64,000 bases of DNA from Thermoanaerobaculia bacterium (GTDB lineage: Bacteria > Acidobacteriota > Thermoanaerobaculia > UBA5066). The stretch lies in assembly GCA_963719225.1 (NCBI GenBank), contig CAVRAY010000001.1, positions 3,232,001 to 3,296,000 of the forward strand, read 5' to 3'. A model generated the notes under the pieces. That model was given only the letters and a program-made list of their open reading frames with translations. It had not been told where the DNA came from and searched no databases. A program made the translations under genes and the position numbers. Every line of letters starts with the position of its first letter. The first letter of the stretch is position 1. Shown one piece after another: positions 9,888 to 20,300 of the stretch.

Positions 9888-10433
9888 CTACTTGCCTTTC
9901 TGGTACGTCCCCATCAGCTGTGCCTCGGCGAGGACGTGGCCCTTCATCGCCGCCTCGAGCTTCGCCTTCGTCGGCTTGCCGAGGTCGGGGAGGACGGAGT
10001 CGAGGGCGTAGAGCTTGAAGAAGTAGCGGTGGCGGCCGATCGGGGGACACGGGCCGCCCCACCCGGTTCGCTTCCAGTCGTTCGTCCCTTCCAGCGTGCC
10101 CTTCGGCAGGTCTCTGGCCGCGACGGCCTCGGGAAGCCCCGTCGCCGACGCCGGGAGGTCGTAGAGGACCCAGTGGACATACGTCATCTTCGGCGCCGCC
10201 GGATCGGGGGCGTCGGGGTCGTCGACGATGAGAGCGAACGACTTCGTTCCAGCCGGTGCGCCCGTCCACGCGAGCGCCGGCGAGAGATCAGCGCCTTCGC
10301 AGGTGTACTTCGCCGGGATCGCCCCGTTGTTTGCGAATGCGGTCGACGTGATTTGCATCTTTGCCTCCGAAACGGCCCGCATGGGCATGAGCGCGAAAAA
10401 GGCAGGCAAGAGAAGAGCCGCGAGCCTTTTCAC
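9888..10433 (-). CDS. YbhB/YbcL family (PEBP) protein
   Basis: DDPDAP, YVHWV, GPCPPIGRHRYFFKLYALD. Confidence 0.92.
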   Translation of the reverse strand: MKRLAALLLPAFFALMPMRAVSEAKMQITSTAFANNGAIPAKYTCEGADLSPALAWTGAPAGTKSFALIVDDPDAPDPAAPKMTYVHWVLYDLPASATGLPEAVAARDLPKGTLEGTNDWKRTGWGGPCPPIGRHRYFFKLYALDSVLPDLGKPTKAKLEAAMKGHVLAEAQLMGTYQKGK

Positions 10434-13400
10434 TTCTTCTCCTCCCTGGGCATCGCCGCCACGGGCGGGATGCCCTGTTCCTGAACCGTCTTGTTGAAGT
10501 CCGCGAGGTCGGTGTCGAGAACGTTCTCGAGCTGCTTCTTCAGGTCGGCGAGGCGAGCCTTCAATTCCGCGAAATAGGCGATCGCGGCCTTCGAGGGCGC
10601 CGCCTCGCCCGAGGAGACGACGCTCGCCACGCCGACGAACTGGTGATCGAGCTGCGGCGGGAAATTCAGGACGTCCTGCTCGCTCTTGACCTTCGGGTTC
10701 ACGAGCTTGTCCTCGAGGGCCGAGAGCTTCTCGGACAGCAGCTTCGCCTTTCCCGCGAGAGGCTCCTTCTTGCCGAGCTTGGCCGCCCGCTCCGCGATCT
10801 CCTTCGCCTGGCGCTTGACGTCCCGGCAGGCGAGCGCCGCTTCGTGCGTGTCCGACAGGCGATCACGTGCCTCGGCGAGAAACTCCGCCTGCTTCTTCAG
10901 GTCGGCCGGTGAAACCCTGAGATTCGGATTCGCGCGCACCTCGAGCGGCTGAGACAGGCCGGTCTCACCCTTCCTCAAGCGCACCGTGTACGTGCCGGGC
11001 GCGACGCGCGGGCCGTTCTTGCTTCCCCACAGGATCGCCTTCGGAACGAGCGACGGCTTCCACATGCGAAGGTCCCACGTAAAACGGTTGAGGCCGACTT
11101 TCGGCTCGAGCGGTTTCTCGGCATCCTCGTTCCGGGCCTCCGGGGTTCCGGCGTCCTCGGCCGGCTTCTCGCTCGTGAAACGGCGGAGGACCTTGTCGCC
11201 GTCGAGGATCTCGATCACGACGGCATCCTTCGCCGCGGCTTTTTTCGGAGGCGCGTCCTTGAGCCAGTACGAGATCAGGGCGCCCCCGGACCGGTTCTGC
11301 CCGACGCCCCGCGGGAGGCCGCGCTCCGGGTCCCCCCAGTCGCCCGAGGAGCCGTACCGGATCGTCGGGCTCGGACGGAAGAGGTGCAGGTCCTTCTTCT
11401 CGACATCCGCGTTCCAGTTCTCGAGCGTCGCGAGGTCGTCGAGGATCCAGAACGAGCGTCCCTGCGTCGCGACGACGAGGTCTCCGTCCTTGATCGTGAG
11501 GTCCGTGACCGGCACGACGGGCAGGTTTCGCTGGAAGGGCAGCCAGGAGGCGCCGTCGTCGAACGAGAGGTAGAGGCCGGTTTCCGTGCCGGCGAAAAGC
11601 AGCCCGCGCCGCACGGGGTCCTCGCGCACGACACGCGTGAAAGCGCCGTCCGGGATGCCGCTCACGATCTTCGTCCACGTCTTTCCGAAGTCGCCGGTCC
11701 TGTAGAGGTACGGGCGCGTGTCGTCGTGCTTGTACATCGTGGCCGCGACGTAAGCGACAGCCGGGTCGTGCGGCGAGAGCTCGAGGGAGTTGATCTGGAT
11801 GCGCTCGGGCAGGCCTTTCGGGGTCACGTTCTTCCACGTCTTCCCGCCGTCCCGCGTGAGCTGAACCAGCCCGTCGTCCGTGCCCGCCCAGATCGTGCCG
11901 GCCTCGCGCGGCGACTCGGCGAGCGCGAAGATGACGCCGTATACCTCGACGCCCGTGTTGTCGTACGTGATCGGGCCGCCCGAGTAGCCCTGGGTTTCCT
12001 TCTCGTTCCGGGTGAGGTCCGGGCTGATCTCCTGCCACGTCTCGCCCTCGTCCGTGCTCTTGAGGAGGATCTGGGCGGCGTGATAGAGGGTCTTCGGATC
12101 GTGGGGCGAGATGAGGATGGGCGCGTTCCACTGGAAGCGGTACTTCAGGTCCTTCGGGGCCTGGCCGATCGCGAGCTGGGGCCAGGCGACGACGTCCCGG
12201 CCGTCACCCGTCCGGAAATCGTAGCGCTCGATCGCGCCTCCGTAACAGCCCGCGAAGGAGACGTCGGGGTCCCCCGGCTTCGGCGCGACCCAGCCGCTCT
12301 CGCAGCCGCCCACGGGATGCCAGTCGCCCGGGCCGATGCTCCGGCCGCGCGTCCGGCTCAGGATCTCGACGGTCGTGTTGTCCTGCTGCGCGCCGAAGAC
12401 GCGGTACGGAAAGCGGTCGTCGGTCGTGACGCGATAGAACTGCGCCGTCGGCTGGTTCAGGAGCGACGACCAGCTCCGCCCGCCGTTGAACGTGACGGTC
12501 GCGCCGCCGTCGTTGCCTTCGATCATGCGGCTCGGCTCGTTCGGATCGATCCAGAGGTCGTGGTTATCGCCGTGCGGCGTGCGGATGGACTCGAACGTCT
12601 TTCCGCCGTCGCCGGACCGGAAGAACCCGACGTTCAGTACGTAGACGGCGTCGGCGTTCTTCGGGTCCGCGTAAACGTGCGAGTAGTACCAGGCGCGCTG
12701 CCGGAGCTTGTTCTCGTCGTTCAGCTTTTTCCAGGTCTCGCCGCCGTCGTCCGTTCGGAAGACGCCGCCCTTCTCGGCTTCCACGATGGCCCAGACGCGC
12801 TCGGGCCTTGCGCCGGAGACCGCCACGCCGACGCGCCCCACGACGCCCTCGGGCAGCCCGCCTGCGAGCTTCTTCCAGGTGTCGCCGCCGTCCGTCGTCT
12901 TCCAGAGGCCGCCGTCCGGCCCGCCGCTCTCGAGTGACCACGGTTTCCTGCCGACCTGCCAGAAGCCCGCGTAGAGGACCCGCGGGTTCACCGGATCCAT
13001 GACGAGGTCGGACGCCCCCGTCCGGTCGTTGACGAAGAGGATCTTCTTCCAGGTCTTCCCGCCGTCCTGCGACCGGAAGACGCCGCGATCCGGATTCGGG
13101 CCCCACGTGTGCCCGAGCGCGGCGACGTAGACGAGATCGGGGTTCTTCGGGTGCACCCGCACGCGCGGGATCTGCTGCGTCTCCTTCAGCCCCGCGTAAA
13201 CCCAGGTCTTGCCCGCATCCGTGGACTTCCAGACGCCGTCGCCCGCGGAGACGTTGCCGCGGATGCAGCCTTCGCCCATTCCCGCATAGACCACGTTCGG
13301 ATCGGACTCGGCCACGGCGAGAGCTCCCACCGAGCCCGTCTTGAAGAACTTGTCCGACACGGCGTCCCAGCTCGCGCCTCCGTCCGTCGTCTTCCACACC

Positions 13401-13618
13401 CCGCCGCCCGTGCCGCCGAAATAGAACGTGAGCGGCTGGCCCGGAACGCCGGCGACAGCCGTGACGCGTCCGCCTCGAAACGGGCCGATGTTGCGGAACT
13501 CGAGGCCCTGGAGCTTTTCGGAGAGGGTGGATGGGGATTGATTGGGCGTCGGCTCAGGCGACGCCTGCGCGCCTAGGGTGATCGCGAGCGCAGCCGCAAC
13601 GGTGAAAAGCCTCCCCAT
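10430..13618 (-). CDS. Secreted BNR/Asp-box (VPS10-like) repeat glycosyl hydrolase-like protein
   Basis: Signal peptide; FRNIGPFRGGR; many S/T-x-D-G-G-x-T/S-W Asp boxes; helical C-terminus. Confidence 0.88.
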   Translation of the reverse strand: MGRLFTVAAALAITLGAQASPEPTPNQSPSTLSEKLQGLEFRNIGPFRGGRVTAVAGVPGQPLTFYFGGTGGGVWKTTDGGASWDAVSDKFFKTGSVGALAVAESDPNVVYAGMGEGCIRGNVSAGDGVWKSTDAGKTWVYAGLKETQQIPRVRVHPKNPDLVYVAALGHTWGPNPDRGVFRSQDGGKTWKKILFVNDRTGASDLVMDPVNPRVLYAGFWQVGRKPWSLESGGPDGGLWKTTDGGDTWKKLAGGLPEGVVGRVGVAVSGARPERVWAIVEAEKGGVFRTDDGGETWKKLNDENKLRQRAWYYSHVYADPKNADAVYVLNVGFFRSGDGGKTFESIRTPHGDNHDLWIDPNEPSRMIEGNDGGATVTFNGGRSWSSLLNQPTAQFYRVTTDDRFPYRVFGAQQDNTTVEILSRTRGRSIGPGDWHPVGGCESGWVAPKPGDPDVSFAGCYGGAIERYDFRTGDGRDVVAWPQLAIGQAPKDLKYRFQWNAPILISPHDPKTLYHAAQILLKSTDEGETWQEISPDLTRNEKETQGYSGGPITYDNTGVEVYGVIFALAESPREAGTIWAGTDDGLVQLTRDGGKTWKNVTPKGLPERIQINSLELSPHDPAVAYVAATMYKHDDTRPYLYRTGDFGKTWTKIVSGIPDGAFTRVVREDPVRRGLLFAGTETGLYLSFDDGASWLPFQRNLPVVPVTDLTIKDGDLVVATQGRSFWILDDLATLENWNADVEKKDLHLFRPSPTIRYGSSGDWGDPERGLPRGVGQNRSGGALISYWLKDAPPKKAAAKDAVVIEILDGDKVLRRFTSEKPAEDAGTPEARNEDAEKPLEPKVGLNRFTWDLRMWKPSLVPKAILWGSKNGPRVAPGTYTVRLRKGETGLSQPLEVRANPNLRVSPADLKKQAEFLAEARDRLSDTHEAALACRDVKRQAKEIAERAAKLGKKEPLAGKAKLLSEKLSALEDKLVNPKVKSEQDVLNFPPQLDHQFVGVASVVSSGEAAPSKAAIAYFAELKARLADLKKQLENVLDTDLADFNKTVQEQGIPPVAAMPREEKK

Positions 13619-13674
13619 CTTCTTTCTCCCCTTTCTAAGAAAATTTCCTTCTCTTCTCTTCCTCTTCGACGATA

Positions 13675-14970
13675 TCAAGGCGTCGAGCGCGCCGAGGTCC
13701 AGTCGTAGTCGCGAATGAACTTCGCGCGCCACGCGACGATCGCGACGACCAGGAGAGTGCCGACGCCGCCGGCGACGACCGCGACCGAGGCTCCGAGCGC
13801 CACCGACGCGAAGAGGCTCGCGACGAACCCGGCCTCCAGCTCGCCGAGCTGCGGGCCGCCCATGAAGAAGATCATGTTCACGCCCGTCATGCGCCCGCGA
13901 AGCTCGTCGGGCGTGACGAGCTGCCGCACGGTCTGGCGCACGACGGTGGAGATCGTGTCCGAGAGCCCGACGAGGGCGAGCGCAATGAACGTGAGGGTGA
14001 AGCTCCGCGACAGGCCGAAGACGATCGTCGTGACGCCGTATGCCGCGACCGACCACAGGAAGACCTTCCCCTGCCGGCGCGGCAAGCCGCGCACGGAGCT
14101 CCAGACGGAGCCCACGAGCGCCCCGATTCCGGGAGCGGCGCGCAGCCAGCCGTATCCGGCGGGTCCCGCGTTCAGGATCTGGTCGGCGAAGATCGGGAGA
14201 AGCGACATCGATCCCGCGAAGAACGTGGCGAAGAAATCGAGCGTCATCGTCCAGACGAGGATCGGCGTCGTGAAGACGAAGCGCAGTCCTTCCTTGAGAG
14301 AGGCGATGGGGTGCTCGGGCGCTCCTTCCGCGCGGACGACCTCGCCCGACGTCTTCAGCGTGACGAGCGTCAGGAGAACGCCGAAGAAGGACGCCGCGTT
14401 GAGGAAGTAGATGAGCGCCAGGCCCCCGGCGTGGGCGTGCGACGGCAGCCCGGATCCGGCTCCCGCGGCGCCGGCGAGGACGAGGCCCGTGAGCGCGGGG
14501 CCTCCGATCGACGCGAGCTGAAACGTCGACAGCATGATCGAGAGCGCGCCGGGGAGGTCGTCCCTCGGGACGAGACGCGGAATGAGGGACTGGCGGGACG
14601 GGTTGTCGAAAGCGCCGGCGGCGGAGGTGAGCGCCGTCAGGAGATAGACGAGGCCGACGGAATCGCGCCCGAGGAGCGTCGCGGCTCCGAGCGCGAGCGC
14701 GACGAGCGTCATCGTGGACTGCGTGACGAGGAGGACCCGGCGCCGGTCGCGCCGGTCCGCCACGAGGCCGCCGACGAGCGAAAGGACGACGATCGGCACG
14801 ACGCGCACGAGGCCCACGAAACCGAGCGCGAGCGGCGAGCGCGTGAGGACCCAGACGTGCCAGTCGATCGCCGTGTTCTGCATTTGCGTGCCGACGAGCG
14901 ACACGAGCATCGCGACGGCCATGCGGCGGAAGTCGCGGTGCCGGAAGGCCTCGTAGGGTTTCGGCTTCAG
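13675..14970 (-). CDS. MFS transporter (DHA3/EntS-like)
   Basis: About 12 hydrophobic segments, GGLVADRRDRRR motif A, PDELRGR; probable CTG start overlapping the upstream stop. Confidence 0.85.
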   Translation of the reverse strand: MKPKPYEAFRHRDFRRMAVAMLVSLVGTQMQNTAIDWHVWVLTRSPLALGFVGLVRVVPIVVLSLVGGLVADRRDRRRVLLVTQSTMTLVALALGAATLLGRDSVGLVYLLTALTSAAGAFDNPSRQSLIPRLVPRDDLPGALSIMLSTFQLASIGGPALTGLVLAGAAGAGSGLPSHAHAGGLALIYFLNAASFFGVLLTLVTLKTSGEVVRAEGAPEHPIASLKEGLRFVFTTPILVWTMTLDFFATFFAGSMSLLPIFADQILNAGPAGYGWLRAAPGIGALVGSVWSSVRGLPRRQGKVFLWSVAAYGVTTIVFGLSRSFTLTFIALALVGLSDTISTVVRQTVRQLVTPDELRGRMTGVNMIFFMGGPQLGELEAGFVASLFASVALGASVAVVAGGVGTLLVVAIVAWRAKFIRDYDWTSARSTP

Positions 14971-15830
14971 ATCTTCTTCAGCCAGTCCGACACGTCGGCG
15001 ACCATGCGGTCCCAGGAGGGGGACACGAAGAGCGTCTTCTGGTACTGCGTGGGGTCGTATGGCGTGCGCGACGCGACCTCGAGGTCCAGCGGGACGAGGT
15101 TCGGGTGCCTTTGGAGGTCGCCGAGCTCGCCGTACGAGGACAGGAGGCCCGCGCCCCACGCCTTGAGGTTCCCCTTCTCCTCGACGACACCGAACTCCAC
15201 GGTGTACCAGTACGCGAGCTCGAGGCGCTTCATCGTGGACTCGCCCGCACGCCGCGCGGCCTCGCCGAAGAGGCGGGACAGTCGGACGATGTCGGGATGG
15301 AAGAGGCCGGCGGCGTGGCCCACGAGCTCGTGGACGACGTCCGGCTCGGGCGTGTAGAGAGGCACGCTGTGATGCCTCACGTACTGCGTCGCGAGGAACA
15401 CGTCCTCGGCCATCGCGCCGAGGAAACCGCGCCCCGAGATGAGGCCTGCAACGGGGATCATCCGGAAGCCGGAGCCCGCCCGCAGCGTCTCGCTCACGTC
15501 CGCGAGCTGCGGCACCTTCGTGCGGTCGAGGGAAAGCGCGTCAGCGCTCTCCCTCCACGGGCTCGCCGCGAGGTGCTCGTGGAGGGGGCCGAGCTTCTCC
15601 CACACCGCGCGCCAGACCGCTTCCTCTTCGGGCGTGTACGAGACGCGCGGCAAGGGGTCGCCTTCGCGGTACGCGAGCGCCATGCGGGCGATCTCGTTGC
15701 GGCGCACGCGGTAAACCGCGTCGCGGAAGCCCGGATGGTCCGGATCGAGCGGCACGAGCTCGCCGGCGCCCGCGGCAATCGGCTTCGACGGAGCGGGGGC
15801 GTAGCGCGTCACGGCCGCATCTTCTCCCAA
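14967..15830 (-). CDS. phhA: Phenylalanine 4-monooxygenase (pterin-dependent aromatic amino acid hydroxylase)
   Basis: TQYVRH, YTPEPDVVHELVGH, YWYTVEFG, GAGLLSSYGE. Confidence 0.9.
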   Translation of the reverse strand: MGEDAAVTRYAPAPSKPIAAGAGELVPLDPDHPGFRDAVYRVRRNEIARMALAYREGDPLPRVSYTPEEEAVWRAVWEKLGPLHEHLAASPWRESADALSLDRTKVPQLADVSETLRAGSGFRMIPVAGLISGRGFLGAMAEDVFLATQYVRHHSVPLYTPEPDVVHELVGHAAGLFHPDIVRLSRLFGEAARRAGESTMKRLELAYWYTVEFGVVEEKGNLKAWGAGLLSSYGELGDLQRHPNLVPLDLEVASRTPYDPTQYQKTLFVSPSWDRMVADVSDWLKKI

Positions 15831-15868
15831 CGCGGATCTTACCGCCCGCGGTCAGGCGCCAGGAACTC

Positions 15869-16633
15869 TCACGGCGAGATCGTGACCGTCATCCCCGCGT
15901 GGACGAACGTGTTGAACTGTTGAAGGATGGGAAAGCCGACAAGCGCCCCGCCAATGAGCTGCCCGAGCGGGCCCTGCGGAGACGTCGTCAGTTCGAGGTC
16001 CGCCGTACCGATCCTGATGTCCGGCACCTGCGTTTCCATCTTGACGGCACCGGCGCCTGCCTGCCGCCACCAGTTGGCAGCGAACGAGCCCGACGGAGCG
16101 AGCGACTCGACCACCGTCCCGTCGAGCGAGAGACGTGGATTTCCAGGACGCCGTACCGTCACTTCGAAGGCAGCCGCCCCTCCTGTCGATTCGAAGTCGA
16201 CGTCGATCGTCTCGACGTGCTGGGCCGGGATGCCGAAGTCCTGGAGCGCGTGGGCCAGCCTCGCGTCCGAAGTCTCGTACCAGAAGGTGTAGTTGTTGAT
16301 GTCTCCGGTGAAGTCGGGCGGGACGATCACCGCGCCGATCTGTACGATCGCGCCGGGCTCGGCCTTGTGGCCGTCCACCGATATGCCGCTGCAACGGGAC
16401 GTGCGGACGACGAGAGGCGTCACCGGCTGGCCTTGTCCGGCGAGAACAAACCCGGAAGGAACGAGAGCCTGTGCGCCGTCGGTCGCGACCAGGGCCACGC
16501 CGATGCTCTCGATGCAACCGGTGAACTCGACGGTGAGCGTGGACGGCGGCTTGCCTTTCGACGGCGCGGCCTCCAGGCCAGACGTTGCCAAACCGATGAG
16601 GATGCAGACGGCCGGGACTTTCGAGAGGATCAT
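15869..16633 (-). CDS. Secreted hypothetical protein
   Basis: AGGAGG RBS, signal peptide, coding-like composition. Confidence 0.65.
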   Translation of the reverse strand: MILSKVPAVCILIGLATSGLEAAPSKGKPPSTLTVEFTGCIESIGVALVATDGAQALVPSGFVLAGQGQPVTPLVVRTSRCSGISVDGHKAEPGAIVQIGAVIVPPDFTGDINNYTFWYETSDARLAHALQDFGIPAQHVETIDVDFESTGGAAAFEVTVRRPGNPRLSLDGTVVESLAPSGSFAANWWRQAGAGAVKMETQVPDIRIGTADLELTTSPQGPLGQLIGGALVGFPILQQFNTFVHAGMTVTISP

Positions 16634-16661
16634 TTTCCATTCCTCCTTTGTCGTGAAGTCG

Positions 16662-17306
16662 TTAGAGCTCGCTCAGCAGAACCCGCCTCTTCTCCTGGTA
16701 CTCCGCTTCGGAGATCGTTCCCGCCTTGAAGAGGCGCTCCGCCTCCTTCAGACGTTCCTCGACCGAGGTGCGTGCGGTCGGTGCCGCGGCGGCGCGGCCG
16801 CCGAGCCCGTCCGATCCGGCGCCTTGAGGGCGGGTGTGCGTGAACAGGACGTTGCGAAACTCCTCCGGGTGGAGGATGCGCGGAAAGACCACGGTGCTGT
16901 CGCTTCCGGCGGTCTGCAGCTCGATGTCGCCGTACGACAGCCAGCGGCCGCCGAGCGTCGAGCGGACATTGATGTCCTGCACTTTTTCGAGCGGGATCTG
17001 GCGCACACTTCGCGTGACGAACCCGCTCTTCTTGATGACGCGAAAGGACGTGATGGCGAACTCGTCGAAGGAATCGACGAGAGCCCGCCCGGCCATCCCG
17101 AGGACGCCGGCGAGGAAGAGGACGCCGGCGACGACGAGGAGCGAGGCCTTGAGCGAAGACTCGGCCGGAACGAAAAGGCCGGCCGCCGCCGCGAGTCCGA
17201 CACCGAAAACGACGACCGATGCACCCGGGACGAACCTCACCCAGTGGTAGCGGGGCCGAAGCAGGATCTCCTCTCCCGGGGCGAGGTTCTTGGCGACGTA
17301 CGACAT
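16662..17306 (-). CDS. Bacterial PH domain membrane protein with C-terminal SHOCT domain
   Basis: Two TM helices; IPLEKVQDINV...GDIELQTAG; LFKAGTISEAEYQEKRRVLL. Confidence 0.8.
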   Translation of the reverse strand: MSYVAKNLAPGEEILLRPRYHWVRFVPGASVVVFGVGLAAAAGLFVPAESSLKASLLVVAGVLFLAGVLGMAGRALVDSFDEFAITSFRVIKKSGFVTRSVRQIPLEKVQDINVRSTLGGRWLSYGDIELQTAGSDSTVVFPRILHPEEFRNVLFTHTRPQGAGSDGLGGRAAAAPTARTSVEERLKEAERLFKAGTISEAEYQEKRRVLLSEL

Positions 17307-17369
17307 CGCGAAGCATCATATGAAAGATGCCGGGTCGCCCGGAGATCGCGCCGGCCCGCAGCCGGCGTC

Positions 17370-20300
17370 TTACCTGCTAATGGGGATGTAGCTGCCGTCG
17401 GAGTTGTGCTGGTCGTTGAGGACTCCGTACGCGGCCCAGCGCGAGGAGCCCGAGAGCCTCTCGACCTTCGCGAAGCCGGCCGCCGCGCCGCGCTCGGCGA
17501 GCGGCCCGTTGAACTGCTTCCACTCCCCCGGCGACAGCGTTGCCGTTTCGGGATTCGAAAGGAGCGATCCGTCGGGCCCGTAGTACGTCACGCGTAGCGT
17601 GATCGAATCGCCCGCGTCGCCGCGGTTCACGACGGCGAGGTTCGAGCGCTGGACGTCGTTCTGCTGCAGGCCGTTCACGTACGCGAGCGCCGTCGCGCTC
17701 TCGCCGAACGTCAGGCCGGGGTAGAAGAGACCGAACGTGCCGCCGCCCGCCGCGTTCGTGAACGTCCGCGCTCCGACTGCGAGCGAGGAGGCAGGCGTGC
17801 CAGAGGGAGCATTGACGAGGAGCGATCCTCCAACATTGCCGGAAGTGGGGATCGGGAGACCGAGATTCCTTAGAAAGGTCATGGAGTCGGCTTCTATCCG
17901 CTGTTCGCCCGCCGGCAGCGTGAACGGCACCATCCCCGAGCCCGCGGCCGAGAGCTGAGGCGAGCCGGTGTACGTCAGGCTCAGCGCGAGCGGCTGGTTC
18001 GTGAAGTTCGTCAGCGTCAGCTCGGTCTGATACCCGGCCGCGCTCAGCACGATCGGGACGAGGCGGTCGGCCCCGGAGCCGTCGCCCGGGATGATTGCCG
18101 GCACGAACGATCCGTCCGAAGTCCCCGCGTCGTTGAGGACGCCGTAGGCCGTGAAAGGCGAGGTTCCGGAAACCCTCGTCACGACCGCCAGCCCCGAAGT
18201 CGCCTTTCCGAGGAGCGGCTGGTTGAGCTGCGTCCAGCCCCAGCCGGGGAGGTTCTCGTCGGCAGGTTCCGTCAGCCTCTCGCCGTTCGCGCCCTCGAGC
18301 GAAACGCGCAGCGTGATCGGGTCCGGTCCCGCATTGATCAGGGCGAGGTTCGAGCGCTGCGCGGCGTTCTGCTGCAGTCCGAAAACCGTGGCTGTCGTCG
18401 TCGAGGTGGCCGCCGCCGTGTAGAAGAGCCCGAAGGTGCCGCCCGCCCCCGGCGTCGACGTGCGCGCGCCGATGAAAACGTCGCTCGAAGACGACGCGCC
18501 CTGGAACACGGCGCGCAGCGTCCCGATCTGCGCGGAACCATCCTGGGGAATCGCTAGCGACCGCGTGCGCAGGAACGCGATCACGTCGGGAATGACCCGC
18601 AGCTCGCCCGCTCCGAGCGTCAGGCTCGCGAAGCCGCTGCCCGAGCCGACGGAGGGTGTGTACTGGAGGAGGACCGTGACGGGCGCGCTCGCCTTCGAAG
18701 CCAGCGTGAGCTCGGACGTGTAATGCGCCCCGCCCGCGCCCGGCGTGTCGAGGACGACGGGCAACAGCTGCTCCGGCCCTCCGGTGAACGCGGGAGCGCG
18801 GACCGTGACGGTCGTCGTCGCCGTGGAGACGAGCCCGAGGGTGTCGCGCACTTTCAACGTCACGACGTACGTTCCCGGTGCCGCGAACGCGTGGTCCACC
18901 GGACTGCCCGAGCCGGCCGTCCCGTCGCCGAAATCCCAGGTCGACGTCGTCGGATCGTTCGGATCGACCTGCGTCACGTTCGCGACGAAGCGGACCATCG
19001 TCCCTGCGTCCACCGTTCCTCCGCCCGCGAGAGGCGCGATCGCCGCGCCGGGCGCGGAGTCGCCGGTGGGAGCCCAGGCCGAAAAGACCTCCGTGTTCGC
19101 GGGCGAGTCGTCCGTCCACATGACGAGGAGGTTGCCGAGCGCGTCCGTCGCGCCCGCGGCGCCGGTCGAGACGCCTGGATTCGCCGACAGGTTCACGGGT
19201 GGCTCGAACGTCTTCCCCCCGTCGGACGAGCGCGCGGTGAAGATGTCGCTCTGGTCGTTCCCGGTGTCGTCCTCCCAGACGATCGAGATGCCCCCGCGGG
19301 AGTCCGCAACGACCGACGGATAGAAGCTCTGCCCGGCGTTGTTAGAGACGTCGACCGGAGCCGAGAACGTCGCACCGCCGTCCGTGGATCTGATGAACAT
19401 GACCTCGCGGTTGAGGGACGAGTCGGCGTTCACGGTGCGGTTGTAGAACGTGACGAGGAGCGCGTCGCTCCTGTCCACGGCGACCCGGGGCGCGAACGAG
19501 TTCACGCTCGAGTCCGAGACCGTCTTCTTCACGGAGAACGTCGTGCCGGCGGGCGCGATCGCCATGCGGCACGTGAAAGGCGTCCCCGCCGAATTCGTCG
19601 TCGTCGACCAGGCGAGATAGGCGGCGCCCTTCGAGTCGAAGGCGAGCGAGAGCGGCTGAAGCGGGTTGATGTTGTTCTCGTCGGGCAGGGACTGGACCGT
19701 TCCGAACGTCGCGCCGGCATCCGTTGAACGCACGGCGTTGATGACGAGGAGGCTGTTCGCCGGATCCTGGTCGATGAAAGCCACGACGACGTTGCGGTTC
19801 GCGTCGACCGCGATCGCCGAGAGGTCGGCGTTCCGTCCCGCCTTGCTGACCCTGACCGGAGCCTGGAAGGTCGCACCGCCGTCCGTCGAGCGCGTCACCC
19901 AGATCTCTCCGATCGCGCCGTTCTGAGTCGTGAACGAGACGTAGGGGTTCCCCGAGGCATCCAGAGCGAGGACGCCACCCGTCGCGGCTGCCGTGTTCGT
20001 GGAGACCTTGAGCGGCGCCGACCAGGTGAGGCCGCGATCCGTCGACCGCCGGTAAACGACGTCCGAGCCCGTCACGTTCCGGGTGTCGTCGTCATAAACG
20101 AGGTGGATCGCGCCCGCCGAGTCGATGCGCGGCGGGCCCGCCAGGCTCGAGAAGCCCGCTGAGCGGCTCACGTTGAGCGGGAGCGACACGGGGCGGACCG
20201 CCGGCTGCACGTCGAAACGGACGTTAGTCTTTCGCGCGAAGGACGTTCCCGCGGCCGCGACGGTCACGAGATACGTGCCCGGAGGAAGGGACGGCGCCGC